From the NCBI GenBank assembly GCA_051294375.1, contig JBJCIZ010000239.1, positions 4,717,834-4,781,833 on the forward strand: a stretch of 64,000 bases of DNA, read 5' to 3'. A program made the position numbers and the translations under genes. The notes beneath the pieces were generated by a model that was not told where the DNA came from, made no database searches, and saw only the letters and a list, made by a program, of their open reading frames with translations. This stretch comes from Paraspadella gotoi. Taxonomy: Eukaryota > Animalia > Chaetognatha. Positions 36,321 through 50,938 of the stretch are shown here, in pieces (positions within the stretch are counted from its first letter, which is position 1; every line of letters starts with the position of its first letter).

Positions 36321-36747
36321 TGATGAGAGAGAGAGAGATGAGGAGAGATAAAAAGGAAAGGGACAAAGAGAAAAAAGAGGCCGACGGAAGAAAAGTAAGA
36401 AAAAAAAATTTAACTCTATCCAGATATTAAACCTCGAAGAGAGAGAGGGAGAGAGAGAAGAGAGAGAGAGAGGAAGAGAGAGAGAGGAGAGAGAGAGAGA
36501 GGTAGAGAGAGAAGAGAGAGGATTTATTCATTATCAATGAAAAAAATGAAGGATAGATGAAAGGATCGACCCAGGAGGGAGAGAAAGAGAAAGAGAGAGA
36601 GAGAGAACCAGAGATGAGAGAGAGGGAGTGAAAGAGGGGACAATTTTATCAATATCTCCTTCGAGACCTTGATGATGGAATTAGGGAATGGAAGAGAGAA
36701 GCGTATGGAAATAGGTATATTAGAGAGAGAGAGAGAGAGAGATGAAG

Positions 36748-36795
<48 letters not shown>

Positions 36796-37609
36796 TGAGA
36801 GTAAGAAGAAGAAAGAAAGAAAGAAAGGAGAAGAAAGAAAGAAAGAAAGCAAAGATAGAAGAAAAAAGAAAGAATAAAAAAAAGAAAGAAAGAAGAAAGA
36901 AAGAAAGAAGAAAGAAGATTTCTCCTCCACCGTCTAAAATTGTTCCTTAATTTTTTTACATTTTTATTATTTTTCGCTAAATCGTTGAAGAGAAAAAAGT
37001 TAATTAAAATGAATAATTAATTTTTTAAAAATTTTATTCTTCTCTATTTTTTTTTTTTTGAAACGTTGAAAAAAAAATCACGCAAAATTTTCGGACCAAT
37101 TTAAATTTTTTTGCGTGCAGAATTAAACCTGTAAGTATTATACAGACGGTGTTAAAACTTATAATTATCAATTATTGGTTATGTGAATATTACATGAACA
37201 TGTTTTGTTGACGTCGTTGTCGTTATCGTTAATCGTTTGTCATTGTGGTCAGCAACGATTAATTTATCGAACTAAATGAAAAATAAATCGAAACGAACGA
37301 CGACAACAACAACAACGTAGACGACGACGAGGACGACGAAAACAACAACTGAGACACAACAACAACGACGACTGACACGAACGAAGATGGCCAGAATGAC
37401 GACCATTGACCTCTGACAAATATGACGACGATAAGGATAAAGATTCTTACATTCTGTCGATAAGGAAGACGACGACGACGAAACGACGAGACGACGACGA
37501 CGACGGCGAACGACGTAGACGACGACGACGACGACGACGGCGACGAAACCGACGACGACGACGACGACTCCTAGATTAACACTGTCCAACTTGAGGCCAC
37601 CTCGGTCAT

Positions 37610-37649
<40 letters not shown>

Positions 37650-38730
37650 TGTCGTCCGTCAGTCGTCGTGCGTCGTCGTCGTCGGGTCAAAATGGCCATT
37701 TACCATCTGCCATTCGTTCATTTGTAATCCTCTTCCGTCGAGAAAGATGCTCCAACGTGAATTTCCCGTGTGCCAGTAAATAGTCGTCGTTCCTCGTGTT
37801 GTTGTTGTTGTTGTTCGTTTTTTCTGTTATCCGGTCCGAGATAATAATGGGTGAATTTCTTTGCATCTCTCTCTCATCTCTCTCTCTCTCTCTCTCTCCC
37901 TCTCTCTCTCTTCTCCTCTCTCTTCTCTCTCTCTCTCTCTCTCTCTTCTCTCCTCTCTCTCTCTCTCCTCCTCTCTCTCTCTTCAGCATTATTAGACAAA
38001 AGGACCCATTAGACGTACTCGATACTGTGCCAGGGTCAAGTGTAATCAATTTCTATTCTATTCTATTTCTCATCCTCGTCTCCTCTCATCTCGCTCACTC
38101 TCTCCTCCTCTCTCGCTTCTCCCTCTTGTCCCGTCCCTTCCCTCTCTCCCCTTAGTACTCTCTCCTCTCATTTGTTTTTCGTCAGTGTCGCTGAGCCGCG
38201 GTCTCCTTTTAAGACAGAAGTTCCACTGTTTTCTTTTTCCTTTTTTGCTGCAAGCCTATCAAATTGAATTGGTGCAACCAATAAATACAATTAATTTATG
38301 CTTTTGATAAATAAGTCCGATTATCTCTTGACTTTGGACAGGCTCTGGTGGTTTTCATTGTATGAATAGTTCAGCAATTCTTTACAGCAATGGAATATTT
38401 CTTTCATTAATACTAATGTTTTGGGCTATCGTTAAACCTATCTTATACCAGATATTTTTACTAATTAATTCATTATGTATTATCTTTTCACATTCCCTAC
38501 CAGATTTTTCCGGTTCTCTCTTTCCTCTCTCTCCGTCGTCTTCTCTTTCTCCAGTCTCTCTCATCCTCTCTCTCCGTCTCCATCTCGCGATCTCTCCTTT
38601 CCTCCTCCCTCCTCTCTTTTCCTCTTCTCTTCTCTCTCCTCTCTCTCTCTCTCTCTACTTTTCCGGACGCACTCCTTCCTATCTTTTTCTTACTTTCACG
38701 ACCGTAAAAAAAATGAACCATAAACAGAAA

Positions 38731-38779
<49 letters not shown>

Positions 38780-39077
38780 AGCCAGGAGCAGAGAGAGATT
38801 TCATCCATCCTTATAATTTGTTCTGCCAATTTTTTTTATTTTGCTATAATTTTCAAAGTTTTACTCATATCGTTAACAGCAGACCACTATGTCCCTATCT
38901 CGTGACAATTGTTATTCTTATGTCATTCAGTGACACTGCGTCTCTTTGTGACACTGGTGTTCATTTCCGTGACGAATCGTGTCATTGTGAGTGAACCGCG
39001 GAGAAAACTCAGGTGTAACGGGAGAGAAGGAAGCATCGGGACAATTTAACTGCCGTGGCAAACACGGTGGGGAAGAG

Positions 39078-39113
<36 letters not shown>

Positions 39114-39118
39114 GGAGA

Positions 39119-39149
<31 letters not shown>

Positions 39150-41565
39150 GAGAGAGAGATAGAGAGAGAGTGGTGGAAGCGAGGGAGGGAGAGTATAGGG
39201 ACCGGAAAGGAAAAGAGAAAGAGAAAATATAGAGAACTAAGAGAGAGAGCGAGGGAGAGAAGGAGAGAGGGAGAGAGAGAAGACGAAAGAGGAAAGATAG
39301 AGAAGTGAAGAGAGGGGAGAGAGAGTAATAAGAAAGAAAGAAAGAAAAGAAAGAAAAGAAGAAAGAAAGAAGAAAGAAAGAAGAAAGAAAAAAAGAAAGA
39401 AAGAAAGAAAGAAAGAAGAGAGACAGGAGAGAGACAAGAGAGAACATACTCGTCGTGCCAGTAACAGTCGTCGATGACGTACATAGGACAACAGAGACGA
39501 TGATCTGTCTCCCTCTTTAGAGGAAAAGAAAGAAAGGATCCTGCACAATTTTTCTGGTTGAGGGAGAAGCCAGAAAAAAAAAGGGCAATGGAGGCAGGGG
39601 ACAAGTGGGGAACGAGCGGGACAAAGCACTGACATGGCCAAAAAAAAGACATTCTGAAACTTTGGGATACGATGCCAAGTTCAAATATCATCAAGATGTT
39701 AAAGAATGTCCTGACGCTATAACTAACAAAGTTAATGAATTTACAGACCGCAGTAATTATGTCATAAACTGAAAATTATGACGTTGAAACCAGAAATACT
39801 GACGTATATAACCGAAGTGATATAATGTAAAATAACTCACGAACAATATAAAGAACGAACATTCTGCACAGTTTGACATTTGAAATTAATTACGATAACG
39901 ACAGAACGACGCAACGGTTTCGGAATTAGACGAAAAGATGTACGCCCCCTCGCACGATTTATAAATCACGAATTGAGGAAGTCATTTGGAAGCGAAATCC
40001 AGCGGAAAATCCTTCGAAATAAGCTCATTCGATGACGAATTCAATTGACTATTTTATATTATGAGCGAATCGAAATCGAAAAAACTCCGTGACAAATTAA
40101 AATGTCAAGTTCGAAGAAAATACCCCAAATAGCAATCTTAATGCCAATCTTAAATGGCCAATCTTAAATGGCCAAAATCCCGGGATGGAAATTGTATCCG
40201 ATTCCGATTTTAAGCGGTAACTTGGCATCGACTTCGCGATTCGAGGAATTTAATTGCGGTTTCAACCGATTAGACTTTCCTCTTATTCTCTATCTCCATC
40301 TCGCATCTCTCTCCCCCTGCCCGCCGTCATTCTCCCCCCCTTCTCCTCTTCCAGCTCACCCTCCCTCTCTTCTCTCTCCCCCTCTGGTTTTCAAACTACG
40401 AATCACAACGGCGCCAACGTCGTGTCACCGACTCTTCCCGTCTTGTTTAACCGTTTCCACGGCGACGGCGTCTCTCTCTCTCTCTCTCCTCTCTTCTCTC
40501 TCTCTCTCTCTCTCTTCTCTCTTTCTCTCTCTTCTCTCTGCAATCAGTCATCTCTTCTCTCGTCGTATGTCTCCTCTCATCATCAACAAACACACAGCTG
40601 AGAGAGAAACGCTCGAGTTTTCAATCTGAAACGAAATATAAACGAGTTTATTCTTTTTCTTTTTTTTTCTTTTTCGTTAAATATAAAACTTGATATAATA
40701 CTAAAAATAAATATATAGTATAACATTACGAGAAAATGCAATGTGGACGTAATCAGGGATTGCCAAGTTCACCCAGCCCTTTTAACAGTCCAGTCTTAAG
40801 TTTTTTGACGCAGGTGGCTCGTTGAGAAAAGTAACCAGTTAAATGACCATTAAGAACGGGATCGATCTCCGAAGTTATCCCACTCCTGGGGAGCCGTGAG
40901 GCGGCCGTAGGTGAGAATAGCAACGTGATATACGAGATATACGTGAGATATGCACTTTAGCTGCGGACAATTATTTAAGTTTGTTTGGAAGGTTAAAAAA
41001 AAAAAAACATGGTATAAAGAGGGGTAAATAAAAAAAAATAAACTTAGAGGGTACGTTTATGGTAAGGTTAAATATGGTAAGCATGGATAAAAGTAAGGAA
41101 AGTTTAAAGTAAAATTAACCAAAAAATAATAAAAATGTATCCATTTCCCGTTTTTTGTTCTCCTCTTAGAATATTATGAGTTTCTCGTTATAATTTTTCC
41201 AAAAGGATTTATGTACGAAATATAATAGACAACTAAAGCATTAATTAAACGAACTTAGGGTTGTATTTATTCCAGAAGACAACCACTAACGTCCCGCATG
41301 CCAAAAAATAAAATCGTATCATTTTATTAGTATATAATTAAATCAAGAAGAAATTTAAAAATAAATTAAATAATAATATTCACTAAAATCTAAGTATTCG
41401 GCATTTCATACTTACAGTAACTAATATACGTGATATATATTTTTCCTAACCGTAACGAGGGCCCGTTCAAAAGCGGCCTGTTAAGCAAGGTAGCGCTTGC
41501 AAAATTGCCCACAGCGGCGCTGCTTGCTATAACAGCCGCCGGCCGACGACTCCAGCCGCATTGAA
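33140..41565. repeat. Right arm of giant inverted duplication
   Basis: Collinear reverse complement of the non-redundant left arm; it lacks the LINE insertion and the tandem redundancies. Confidence 0.9.
38880..39012 (+). CDS. Candidate first coding exon with N-terminal hydrophobic anchor (left-arm copy ~14325-14495 minus)
   Basis: Acceptor ttaacag, an ATG, a hydrophobic stretch VTLVFISVTNRVIVSEPRRKLR and donor ctcag|gt. Phase is compatible with the next exon in the left-arm copy. Confidence 0.3.
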
Positions 41566-42162
41566 GAGAATTTTTTTTTGGTTTTTAATATCATACCATT
41601 TATTAAACGCGCAAAGCGATAAAAATCGAAATTGGATGATGAAAGACAATGAGCTGAAAGAGACAAAAATAGCGAAGATGCCAAGTACTGGGAAAAAAAG
41701 AGTATAATATTAGTATTATTATTAGTTATTTATGCACGAATAAAAAAGGACGGCAATCCAAAATACAATTAATTGAACGAAAACGTTTCAATCTATGAGT
41801 TAGTCAAATTTGGAAGAAGGGGTAATAAAGCGGTTACAAATATTAATGAATTAAGTGAACATTTTCATCAAAAATCAATTGAAAAAAAAGGCCACGGGAG
41901 GAAAAAAAGTGATAATTGTCGGCGATGGGAGTTTAACTTGGATTAACTTACTAGTTACAATATCTTGCCACTTGACTTTGGTAAGGCTGTGGTGGGTTAA
42001 GCCTTATTTTAAGCCCTCTATCCTTGGAGAAAGCGATGCCCTTTTTATTCGCGTATAATTGTNNNNNNNNNNNNNNNNNNNNNNNNNNNNNNNNNNNNNN
42101 NNNNNNNNNNNNNNNNNNNNNNNNNNNNNNNNNNNNNNNNNNNNNNNNNNNNNNNNNNNNNN

Positions 42163-45100
42163 GAATTACCTTAACGGACCGAAATGGTTTCCTTTTTTTG
42201 CCTTAAATCGCCGCTGGAAACGACGACGACGACGACGACGACNNNNNNNNNNACAATTTGCAATGTCAACAACGACGACAAACTAGGTTGGATTCGACAA
42301 CAACAACAACAACTACAACAACAACTAAAAACCAGTTAGGATTTAGATAGAAACAAAAGAACAAGCGTTAGACGGACAAGTAAATGGACAGATGCGAGGA
42401 TAAAAAGTCAGACTGACTTAACGACGAAATTATATNNNNNNNNNNNNNNNNNNNNNNNNNNNNNNNNNNNNNNNNNNNNNNNNNNNNNNNNNNNNNNNNN
42501 NNNNNNNNNNNNNNNNNNNNNNNNNNNNNNTTTTTTTAAAAAAATTTCAAAGTTTCTCATCTCCTCATCCGCCTCCTCCTCTCTCTCTCTCCTGGCTCTC
42601 TACCCCAAACAAAATTTCGCCCACGCAGAAGTGAGAACTGGTCACAACAAAGACGAGAAGAAAACGAAAGGGAAACCGGGGAAAATTCCATCTAGTATCT
42701 ATCTTTCTATNNNNNNNNNNNNNNNNNNNNNNNNNGTATCTAATCTATTTCTATCACTTTATACTCTACCGATCTTAAGGGTTTCTTTAATATTCTTTCT
42801 ATCTCTTTAATTTGTGACTTAGCTTTAGTAGTGATCTATCTATCTTGGTCTGATTATGTTCTTACATTATTACGAAAAAGAATTTCAAAATTATTCCCGT
42901 GCTCACGGATGGCTTTGCTATCAGACAGCTGTCAGTGACCCTCTTTTCTTTGCGGTCTCTCGTCTCTTCTCATGAAATACTCATCCTACTACTCTCTCTC
43001 TCGTCTACTTCTCTCTGACTCTCGTACCTGCCTCTATCTCTTTCTGTTTTAACCCTCCAACATCACTTTAATCTAATCAATTTATAAAAACGATGGCCTT
43101 CTTAATAAAACGTCTGAAGCTAATTCTTACAAACCAGCATCAGAGGGAAAATGCCATTAACAGGACAATGAAAAATGGATGCAACAACCATAATACAGAG
43201 AAGCAGGCTGAGACCCTGAGACGGTGGACAGGAGAAGTGATGAGAGAGAGCAGAGGAGAGAGCAGGCTATGATAGTTTCTCTAGTACTTTTACAAATACA
43301 CAAGCGTGGTTGGCCTCCAATGCAATAACAGAGATACGGTCGTTAGGGTAACAATAGAAAATCTCGAGATACATTATTCAGCGTGTCAAAATAGGATAGT
43401 GTAGATAACGCACAAGTCACAGGACGTAACCATCGTCAATTTGGCGTATGTTCGGTACTGTTTCGTTTTACAAACAAAGGTAGCCAGGATTTCTAAGTCT
43501 TAATACACTTGCTATTTACAACACACATAAATCGCTGTGTCACCGGTTAATCTTAATCAACCTATTATCGTGTCCCTATCAGATAAGTTAATACATAATA
43601 AATTAGCTAGCACAAGCCTTTAAAAAAAAATTTAAATATCCACAATCACATTCTGCCAGAACAAATTGACTTAACCAGTCCCAGGCATGTGCCAACCAAG
43701 CGATCGCGAACGACTCCGGACAGGGAAAAAGCACATACCTGAAGTGACGACATACTAAATGATTGGCTATTCGGTCTTTTTGAAAAAGATAAAATACCGG
43801 TAATATACTAAAGCTGAGTTCCTAGTTGGGTGCCGGACCTGTCGGCACCCTCGTCGCGTAGGGATGAATCCATGTCTCGTACACCGCAATGTCCTGACAG
43901 TCATCAGGGCTGAGTGATTACAAGCACTCCGGGCATTGCGCGGCCATCAGGCATCCACGCTTGTCCAAAAGACCGGTGCGAAGAGTGGGGAAAGAGGGAG
44001 GGAAACGAGATAGCAAAACGAACAGAGACGCACGGAGACAGGGACCGGAAAGCGAAACGACAGAAATATACAATCATACAAATAAATGTTAGCGACATGA
44101 GGAATGTTACGAGCATGCTGAGCGAACCAATAGCGATCGAACCTGGCAGCACGGTCACAACAAAGATATAAGGTTATTATAGAGACGAAACGACTACGTA
44201 TTGCAGCATTGCAACTGTGACGATAGAGAGAGCATGATGGAGAGAGGAAAGGGATAGAAGTTAATCCAGTCGTCGGAGTCCTTAGTGCAAACTCGTCGCG
44301 CAGGGAATAAACCGTACCTAGGTACTTAATTAGAGAAAATCACCAGGAAAACGAAATAAATATACTCTTCCACACTTATAAAACAAACTTGTTTAATATA
44401 AAATGGATTTTCTCTTTTCTACCTGCATGAGAAATGTCCACCATCTAATCCACTCTAATTCCCGTGTACTCTAACGTCCAATCTCCTTCTAGGCGCATCC
44501 CTTAATCATTCCTCACATTTCTCCGCATCTTGTCATTTCGGATTCTTTCCATTAAATCCTCAACATCATTATCTTAATTACACGTTCATTCGGTGAGGGG
44601 TCGGGTGGCTGTTTTCTTACCTGTGTGTCCGTGCGAGACGCTTATCGAACTGCGCATTCCTTAGCGTTGGCTTGCTTGCGTTTCACTTCGTCCTGCCGTT
44701 GACTGGTATCGACGCACGCTGCTTCCGAGCCAGGTGTGATATGCAAAACGGACCTGATTGCCCGGCATGCGGCCGGGCGGATTTCCTTGTGCCTAGATCC
44801 GCACCATAGAGACTCTTCAAATTCTCTAAAACACCACGACCATCCTCTTACCGACATTGGCCGACAGGTCGCGACCAAAACTGTAGAACTACAGGCCTAT
44901 GGTACGGTATTATATATTGTCTTCCTTTTTTTCAAGCCGCAGCCTCTATCAGGTTATCCCTTCCGGCTATGCTGTCCCCGAAAACCCTCCAATTTGCATA
45001 TTCGCAAATAGTGAACCCGGGTAAATCTAGGGTTAACAATTTCTGGCCAAGTGGAATGGGGAATAATTTTTTTTTAAACGCTGCTAATTTTCTACTATAT

Positions 45101-46876
45101 TACTTGGAAAAGTATGATGTTTCATAAAAAACACAAGAATGTTTATCTGATCTGTTAAACAGAGTAAGACCTTATTAAAGAAACCAAGCCTGAGCCGGCT
45201 TGAAACAAAGAACCGACAACGAAGACGGAACGGACGAGCCACACGACCCTGTGAACGACGAAATAGATTAACAACGAACGCCGAACACTAGATTGCGTGT
45301 GTGCAGTACAGCGGTCTATGATGACAAAGGTACTATAAGGAGACTACTCGCATCTCTCTCTCTGCCATCTCCCTCTACCTCCATCATCATCTACTCCTCT
45401 CCAGCTCTTGTATATGTTTTAGTTTCCCCATGTTCATCTTGGTCTGAGCTACAAAGCTGTATTCCCATAGGCTGGTGCAGCGTTTTGTTCTGCAACACTC
45501 AAATACTGGCTACTACGACCCGTGTATATTAACGAAGCCAACAGTTGCTCTTTATTATCATTATCACGTAACTAGGTGAACGTTCTTGCGTCCGAAGAGC
45601 GACAAACAGAGCCCAAGATGCAGAAAACCAGACAACTTTTCTTATTCTCCCCCCTGATGAAAAGAGAAGAATGACGACCACGCTACAAAACATGCAACAC
45701 CGCCAGACGACAGAAGGAGCCTGTGAGGTCCCAGCCCAGCCCCCTCTTTTCTCTAAACTTATCTCAGCGCCCCCAATTCTACTGGACCCTCTGTTCCCCG
45801 CAAAAAAAAGAGCGACTTTCGAGATTATGTATCAACAAGCGAAAGAATCAAGGGAGAGAGAGAATCAGTTTACTGCATACAGATCTCTGCTCTCATCTCC
45901 ATCAAATCCATGCATCTCTCTCTCTCCTCTCTCTCGTTTCCTACTCCTCTAGCAGTCATCTCTCCCCTGAACTTTTAACAAAAGCTCATCGACACGTGCA
46001 AAATCTTCGTAATTCCTTTTTGTCTTACCAAATGAAGACATTAGCGATCAGGACACAATAATAATGATAACTTCTTTCAACACTAAGAAAGTAAAATAGT
46101 GACATATTTATATGAAAAAGATAGAACTCACTGTAGATAGATAAAGAATGATGCATATATTAAAGAATAAGATACTAGAGTGGCTAATTCACATTTTTCC
46201 CTCCGGTTTTCCCTATTCGCTTTGTCATATCTCGCTCTTCTCTGTTGTGACCAGTTTCTCACATTATTTTCTGCCCGTTGGGCGAAAAGGTTTTTTTGTT
46301 TGGATGTTTTACTGTCGAATGACGAGAGAGGAGAGAAGACCGAGAGAAAAAGGAACACATCGGAGAGAGAGATAGTATGCCGCACCAGAAAAGAGAGAAT
46401 ATTAGAAGGAAAATAGATTTTTCAGGAAGAGAGAAGGAATGACCTTGACGAGAGAGGAGATGCAGATGACCGAGGAGGACGAGAAACGACGAGAGAGATC
46501 GACCCGAGCAGAAGGAAGAGGAGAGAGAAACTTGAAAATTTTAAAAAACAAATAATAACTCGCGATCGTTAAGTCAGTCTGACACTTATTTCATAACCTC
46601 GCATACCTCGATCCATTTACTCTGTCCATCTAACGACCTTTGTTCTTTTGCTTTCTATCTAAATCCCTAAACTGAGTTTTTTAGTTGTTGTCATAATGTA
46701 TAGTTGTTGTTCCGCTTGCTGTCGAAGCTCAACCTAATTAGACTCCGTCAGTTACAGTTGACATTGCAAATTGTCATCGTCGTCCGTCGTCGTCTCGTCG
46801 GTCGTCGTCGTTCGTCTCACTCGATTTAATGCGCCAAGAAAATAGGAAACCAATTCCGTTCCGTTAAAGTAATTCG
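42163..46876. repeat. Second inverted duplication centred near 44300-44500
   Basis: 42163-42430 is the reverse complement of ~46560-46876. 43260-44050 mirrors ~44600-45500. A cleaner forward copy of the same block lies at ~49750-50200. Confidence 0.8.
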
Positions 46877-47499
46877 AAAATCTTCGTGCAAGACCATGGG
46901 GAAATAAAAATAAAGATGAAAAGGGATGATGGATAGGATGGAAACAAGCAAAGGAAGAAAAGGGAAATATATAGGTAAAGAATATATATATATATTAAAA
47001 AGAAAAGAAAATTATATATTATATAATATTTGTATAATATAAGGTTAGATATCTAGGCAACATAAATAATGAATGGAATGAGAAAGATAATGAAGGAAAG
47101 AAAATGCCAAAAAAAAAAACAGATAAAAAGAGTCAGAATAGAACAAAAACTTAAGGAGGAAATTTAAAAAATTCGAGGAAAGAAAGAAAAAAAAAAGAAA
47201 ATCTATATATATATATATATATATATAGAAAAAGATTCAAAGGAGGACAGAGAGAAAAAATGGATGCTATATATATATATGAAAAGAACTTAAAAAGAGA
47301 GCGCGAAGAAAAAAGGACAAAAAACTAAGGACCAAAAAGCTGAAAGAAAAGATAAAGAAATCAAAATTTGGAAAGTTAGAGTGCGGGTGGATAAAAAGAA
47401 AACGATCATGAATGTATTATTGTGGATATAAACACCACTAATTGATAATATCTTATATCCTTATGGTTGAATAAAGCTTAAGATGTCGCAGTAAGTACT

Positions 47500-49700
47500 T
47501 GATTTGGAAAGCTACGAAATGCGACCTGATTTTGTTATTCTCGAGAGTAAAGAAGGACCCTCAAAAGAATAACCGTTGGTGTGAGAATTACCAATACTGC
47601 ATGTATCTTAGGTAAAGGAGCCATTTGCTGCAAAGTCTCTTATATATCTCTTCCTTACAAGCGGTATGTATCGTTATGTTCGCAGCGTCGGTATAACATT
47701 CTGCGGCTGAACAGTAGCACGACCATCTGATGATCCAAAACCTTAGCCGCCACAAACTTATGCCAGATTCTGAGGTCAGGCCCGGTATGCGCATCTCTGC
47801 ATGGCGGCCAATGCTATATCTTGATACGAAGAAGTCAGGCAGGCAAAATGATAGGATGCTTCGAATCATACTCTTCTCCAACAAGGCGCTGCAAGGTCGC
47901 GCCACCAACTCTCAGGAGGAACCATCACTTCCAATGAATGCGGGGATCTATATAGGTCTCTTATATATATTATCTTCCGACTTCCGACGCGCTGAGAAAC
48001 TGAAGGCCGATGCTGGTATGGATCGCCAATCTCTTTACCAGAGAGATGTTGCCTCCTGCGGAGCAAAGTATGGAGTCTACTATATCTTATCTATTCTCTC
48101 TCTATTATCTATATATGGACCAGGTTGGCTTGACGCATTCCCTGAAGCTGTCGCAAAAGTAATGACAGAAGCCACAAAACGGCCTGTGTATGCGATGCTC
48201 GTGTCTCGAGTGATAGCGTATGTGAGCGCGAGATAGTCGTCAAAGACAATCTGAGACACGCTGACTGAAAGCAGCCGCCTCGTATATCTATATTGGCACG
48301 GAAGGAATTCACGGAGTTGCCTTGTGGCGGGTGATGACAAGCAATTCCTCTTCCATGAGCCTATCAGGTAAGCGATAATCGGCAGGTAGAAACTCGTCTT
48401 CTGTATGCTCGTAGTCGTAGATTGGTCGTAAAAACTTCCCAAGATACAGGTAGTGGTATCTGATCTATATCATATATCTCTACTATATACACAGATCCGC
48501 TGGATTCATATTTGGTGCGGAAACATATATCTCTCATCTATCTATACATCTGTCAACCTCCAGAATCAGGTATTCAATAATATATATATAATATATACCT
48601 TTATATATCTCTATTATCCTACATCTAGTCTGTCAAGATGCAGGTAGCTATCAGTCTCTATATATATATACTAGTCTCTCTATACGCTTCCTCGTCTAAG
48701 CCTCACATTTGAGAATACTTGTACTATAAACGTATCTATATGCCAGAGATATGTCTCCTGTGCGAATCTCGTGGGAGCGGGGAATGTGCTGCTGGACTTT
48801 TTTGTGGTCTATATCCTATCATATATATGAGGTGACACGTTGTACTGATAGTAGTATAGCAACCAAAAATATTCTATGGACAAAATCAATATTCATCAAC
48901 ACATATCCGTTGCTATAGAGCTTGCATGTCAGCCATAAGCCTACGCTCGAAGCTATCAACCAATAAATTATAGGAAAGTGTCTCTTAATTTTCATGTTAA
49001 GAGGTGAGGTTTTTTCCACCTTGGGACTCGCAGACAGAGACAAGCTAGGCAACTGCCTAGCCACCATGAATGTGTGCTCTGGTTCCTATTCTCCTCAGAG
49101 TGAGGATGCATCCCAAACCAACATCGCGGCTTCGTTACAAAGCTTTCTGGAACAGCAATAACGCTTCTATATCTTTATATACAATGGAGAGTGGCGGTAG
49201 GGCGGCCAAAGAGTGAAATAGATCTGAAGCCCTCGTGACCGACCAAGACAATTTTCTTTCTATATATATCTCCTATATCTCCCGCCGTCTCTCTTCGGTC
49301 ACTCACCTTGAAAGAAATACTCTGCCGGAAGTATTGGGTCATAGCCCAAGCCCCAAAAGCTGTGTCTTTCCATGTCCATAGTGACTTCTTAAACTCAGAC
49401 CTGGCTCCCTGTATCTCTATCTATATAGCTCCAGGCGTGCAATCTTATATATCTTATTATATAACTGAGCTCGATTGTCGACAGCCAATGGTATAGGCAG
49501 AAGTGTATATTATCTTGCTCTGAGCTGGTCATCTAGCCCAGGAAACGCAGAAGTCGAGAGTGTGAGCGGCGATGCTGCGCGTTGTTTCTATATCGCTTAT
49601 ATATCTATCTATGAGTGCCAGAGATATTCTCTTACCACGAATTTCTTCACTTGGAGCAACTCTATATTCTTCCATCTCGAGTTATCAGGCAAGGTCCTTG
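47500..49700 (-). mobile_element. BEL/Pao LTR retrotransposon pol remnant (end of RT, RNase H, start of integrase)
   Basis: Indel-corrected minus-strand motifs in Pao order: LGL..DQL (~49520-49545); KKSLW...GLGYDPILP (~49320-49390); H.GF.D (~49225); YWVDS (~48955); FVHRI (~48875); PADIPSR-like (~48770-48795); PFIGSDGLLRVGGRL...EYDSKHPIILP (~47841-47940); H...RFWIIRGRATV (~47710-47800). The GGRL...KHPIILP and FWI motifs are BEL/Pao hallmarks. Confidence 0.8.
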
Positions 49701-49717
49701 CCATCTCCTCTCCTTTT

Positions 49718-49753
<36 letters not shown>

Positions 49754-50280
49754 AGCTTAGTTCCTAGTACTTTCAAATCAACTGTGCTCCAGCAAACAGA
49801 GTCGGGTCGTAGTCATATTCGTCGTCGTCGTTGTCGTCGTCGTCTTCGTTGTCGTCTTTGTTTCAACGGTAGCGGTTTTAGTCTTAATTGTTTACACAAC
49901 AAATCTTGTTTTATGAACTAACTTCCAAGTAAAAGTAAAAATAGGTTAAAAAAATTATTCATCACTTGCCAGAAATGTTAACCAGCCGGCATGGAAGCAT
50001 GGAGGTTCGGGAAGCATACCGAAGAATACCGAAGAGGCTTCGGCTTGAAAAAAGGAAAAAACCGACAAGCGAGTCAGTTGGTCGACCTGTCGGCCTGTCG
50101 GTAGGGATGTCGGTTTAAGATTGAAGTCTCAGCTGAGGATCAGGCATCGGGCATCGGGCATCAGGCATCCACGTTTGTCAAACCTGTGGAAGAGGGGGAA
50201 GAGAGGGAGGAAAGAGAAGAAAAGGAAGGGAGGAAGGGAGGAAAGGAAAGAAAAGGAAGGAGGAAGGGAGGAAAGGAAAG

Positions 50281-50328
<48 letters not shown>

Positions 50329-50504
50329 GAGAAGAGAAAGGGACAAAAAAGGGAGGAAATATTTTATAAAACTTTTTTGTTGGATTTTCTTTTTTTTTAA
50401 AGGTAAACACAGACGGTTAACTCTGCGCGATGCAAGATCCAAACAAGTAAACAAAAAAAAACCGGAAGGGAACGAACTCACGCGCGGATATTGAGAGGTA
50501 TTGA

Positions 50505-50622
<118 letters not shown>

Positions 50623-50938
50623 TGAGGGAGAGGTGAAGACATTAAGAGAAAAAGATGAGGGAAAAAGAGAAAAAAAAATCGACAGTGTGAGAGAGAGAGA
50701 TAGAGACAGAGGGAGGGTAAAAGAGAGAGAGAGTTTGAGAGAGAGAGAGAGACATTGAGAGAACTACGGTTGCAGACAGAAAGAAAATAATGGAAAGAGA
50801 GACGAAGAAGGAGACAGAGTCGGAAATAAGGAGAAAAAGAGAAACTCGGTATAAAACTCTCATCTCTTCCTTTTCTCTCTTTCCCCGTTTTTTTTCTCTC
50901 CGACTGTTTTTTTCCCTTCCTCCTTCTCTTTTCCGCAG

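Noticed and set aside
47730-48236. 168-aa plus-strand ORF
   Set aside because: Antisense shadow of the minus-strand BEL/Pao pol.
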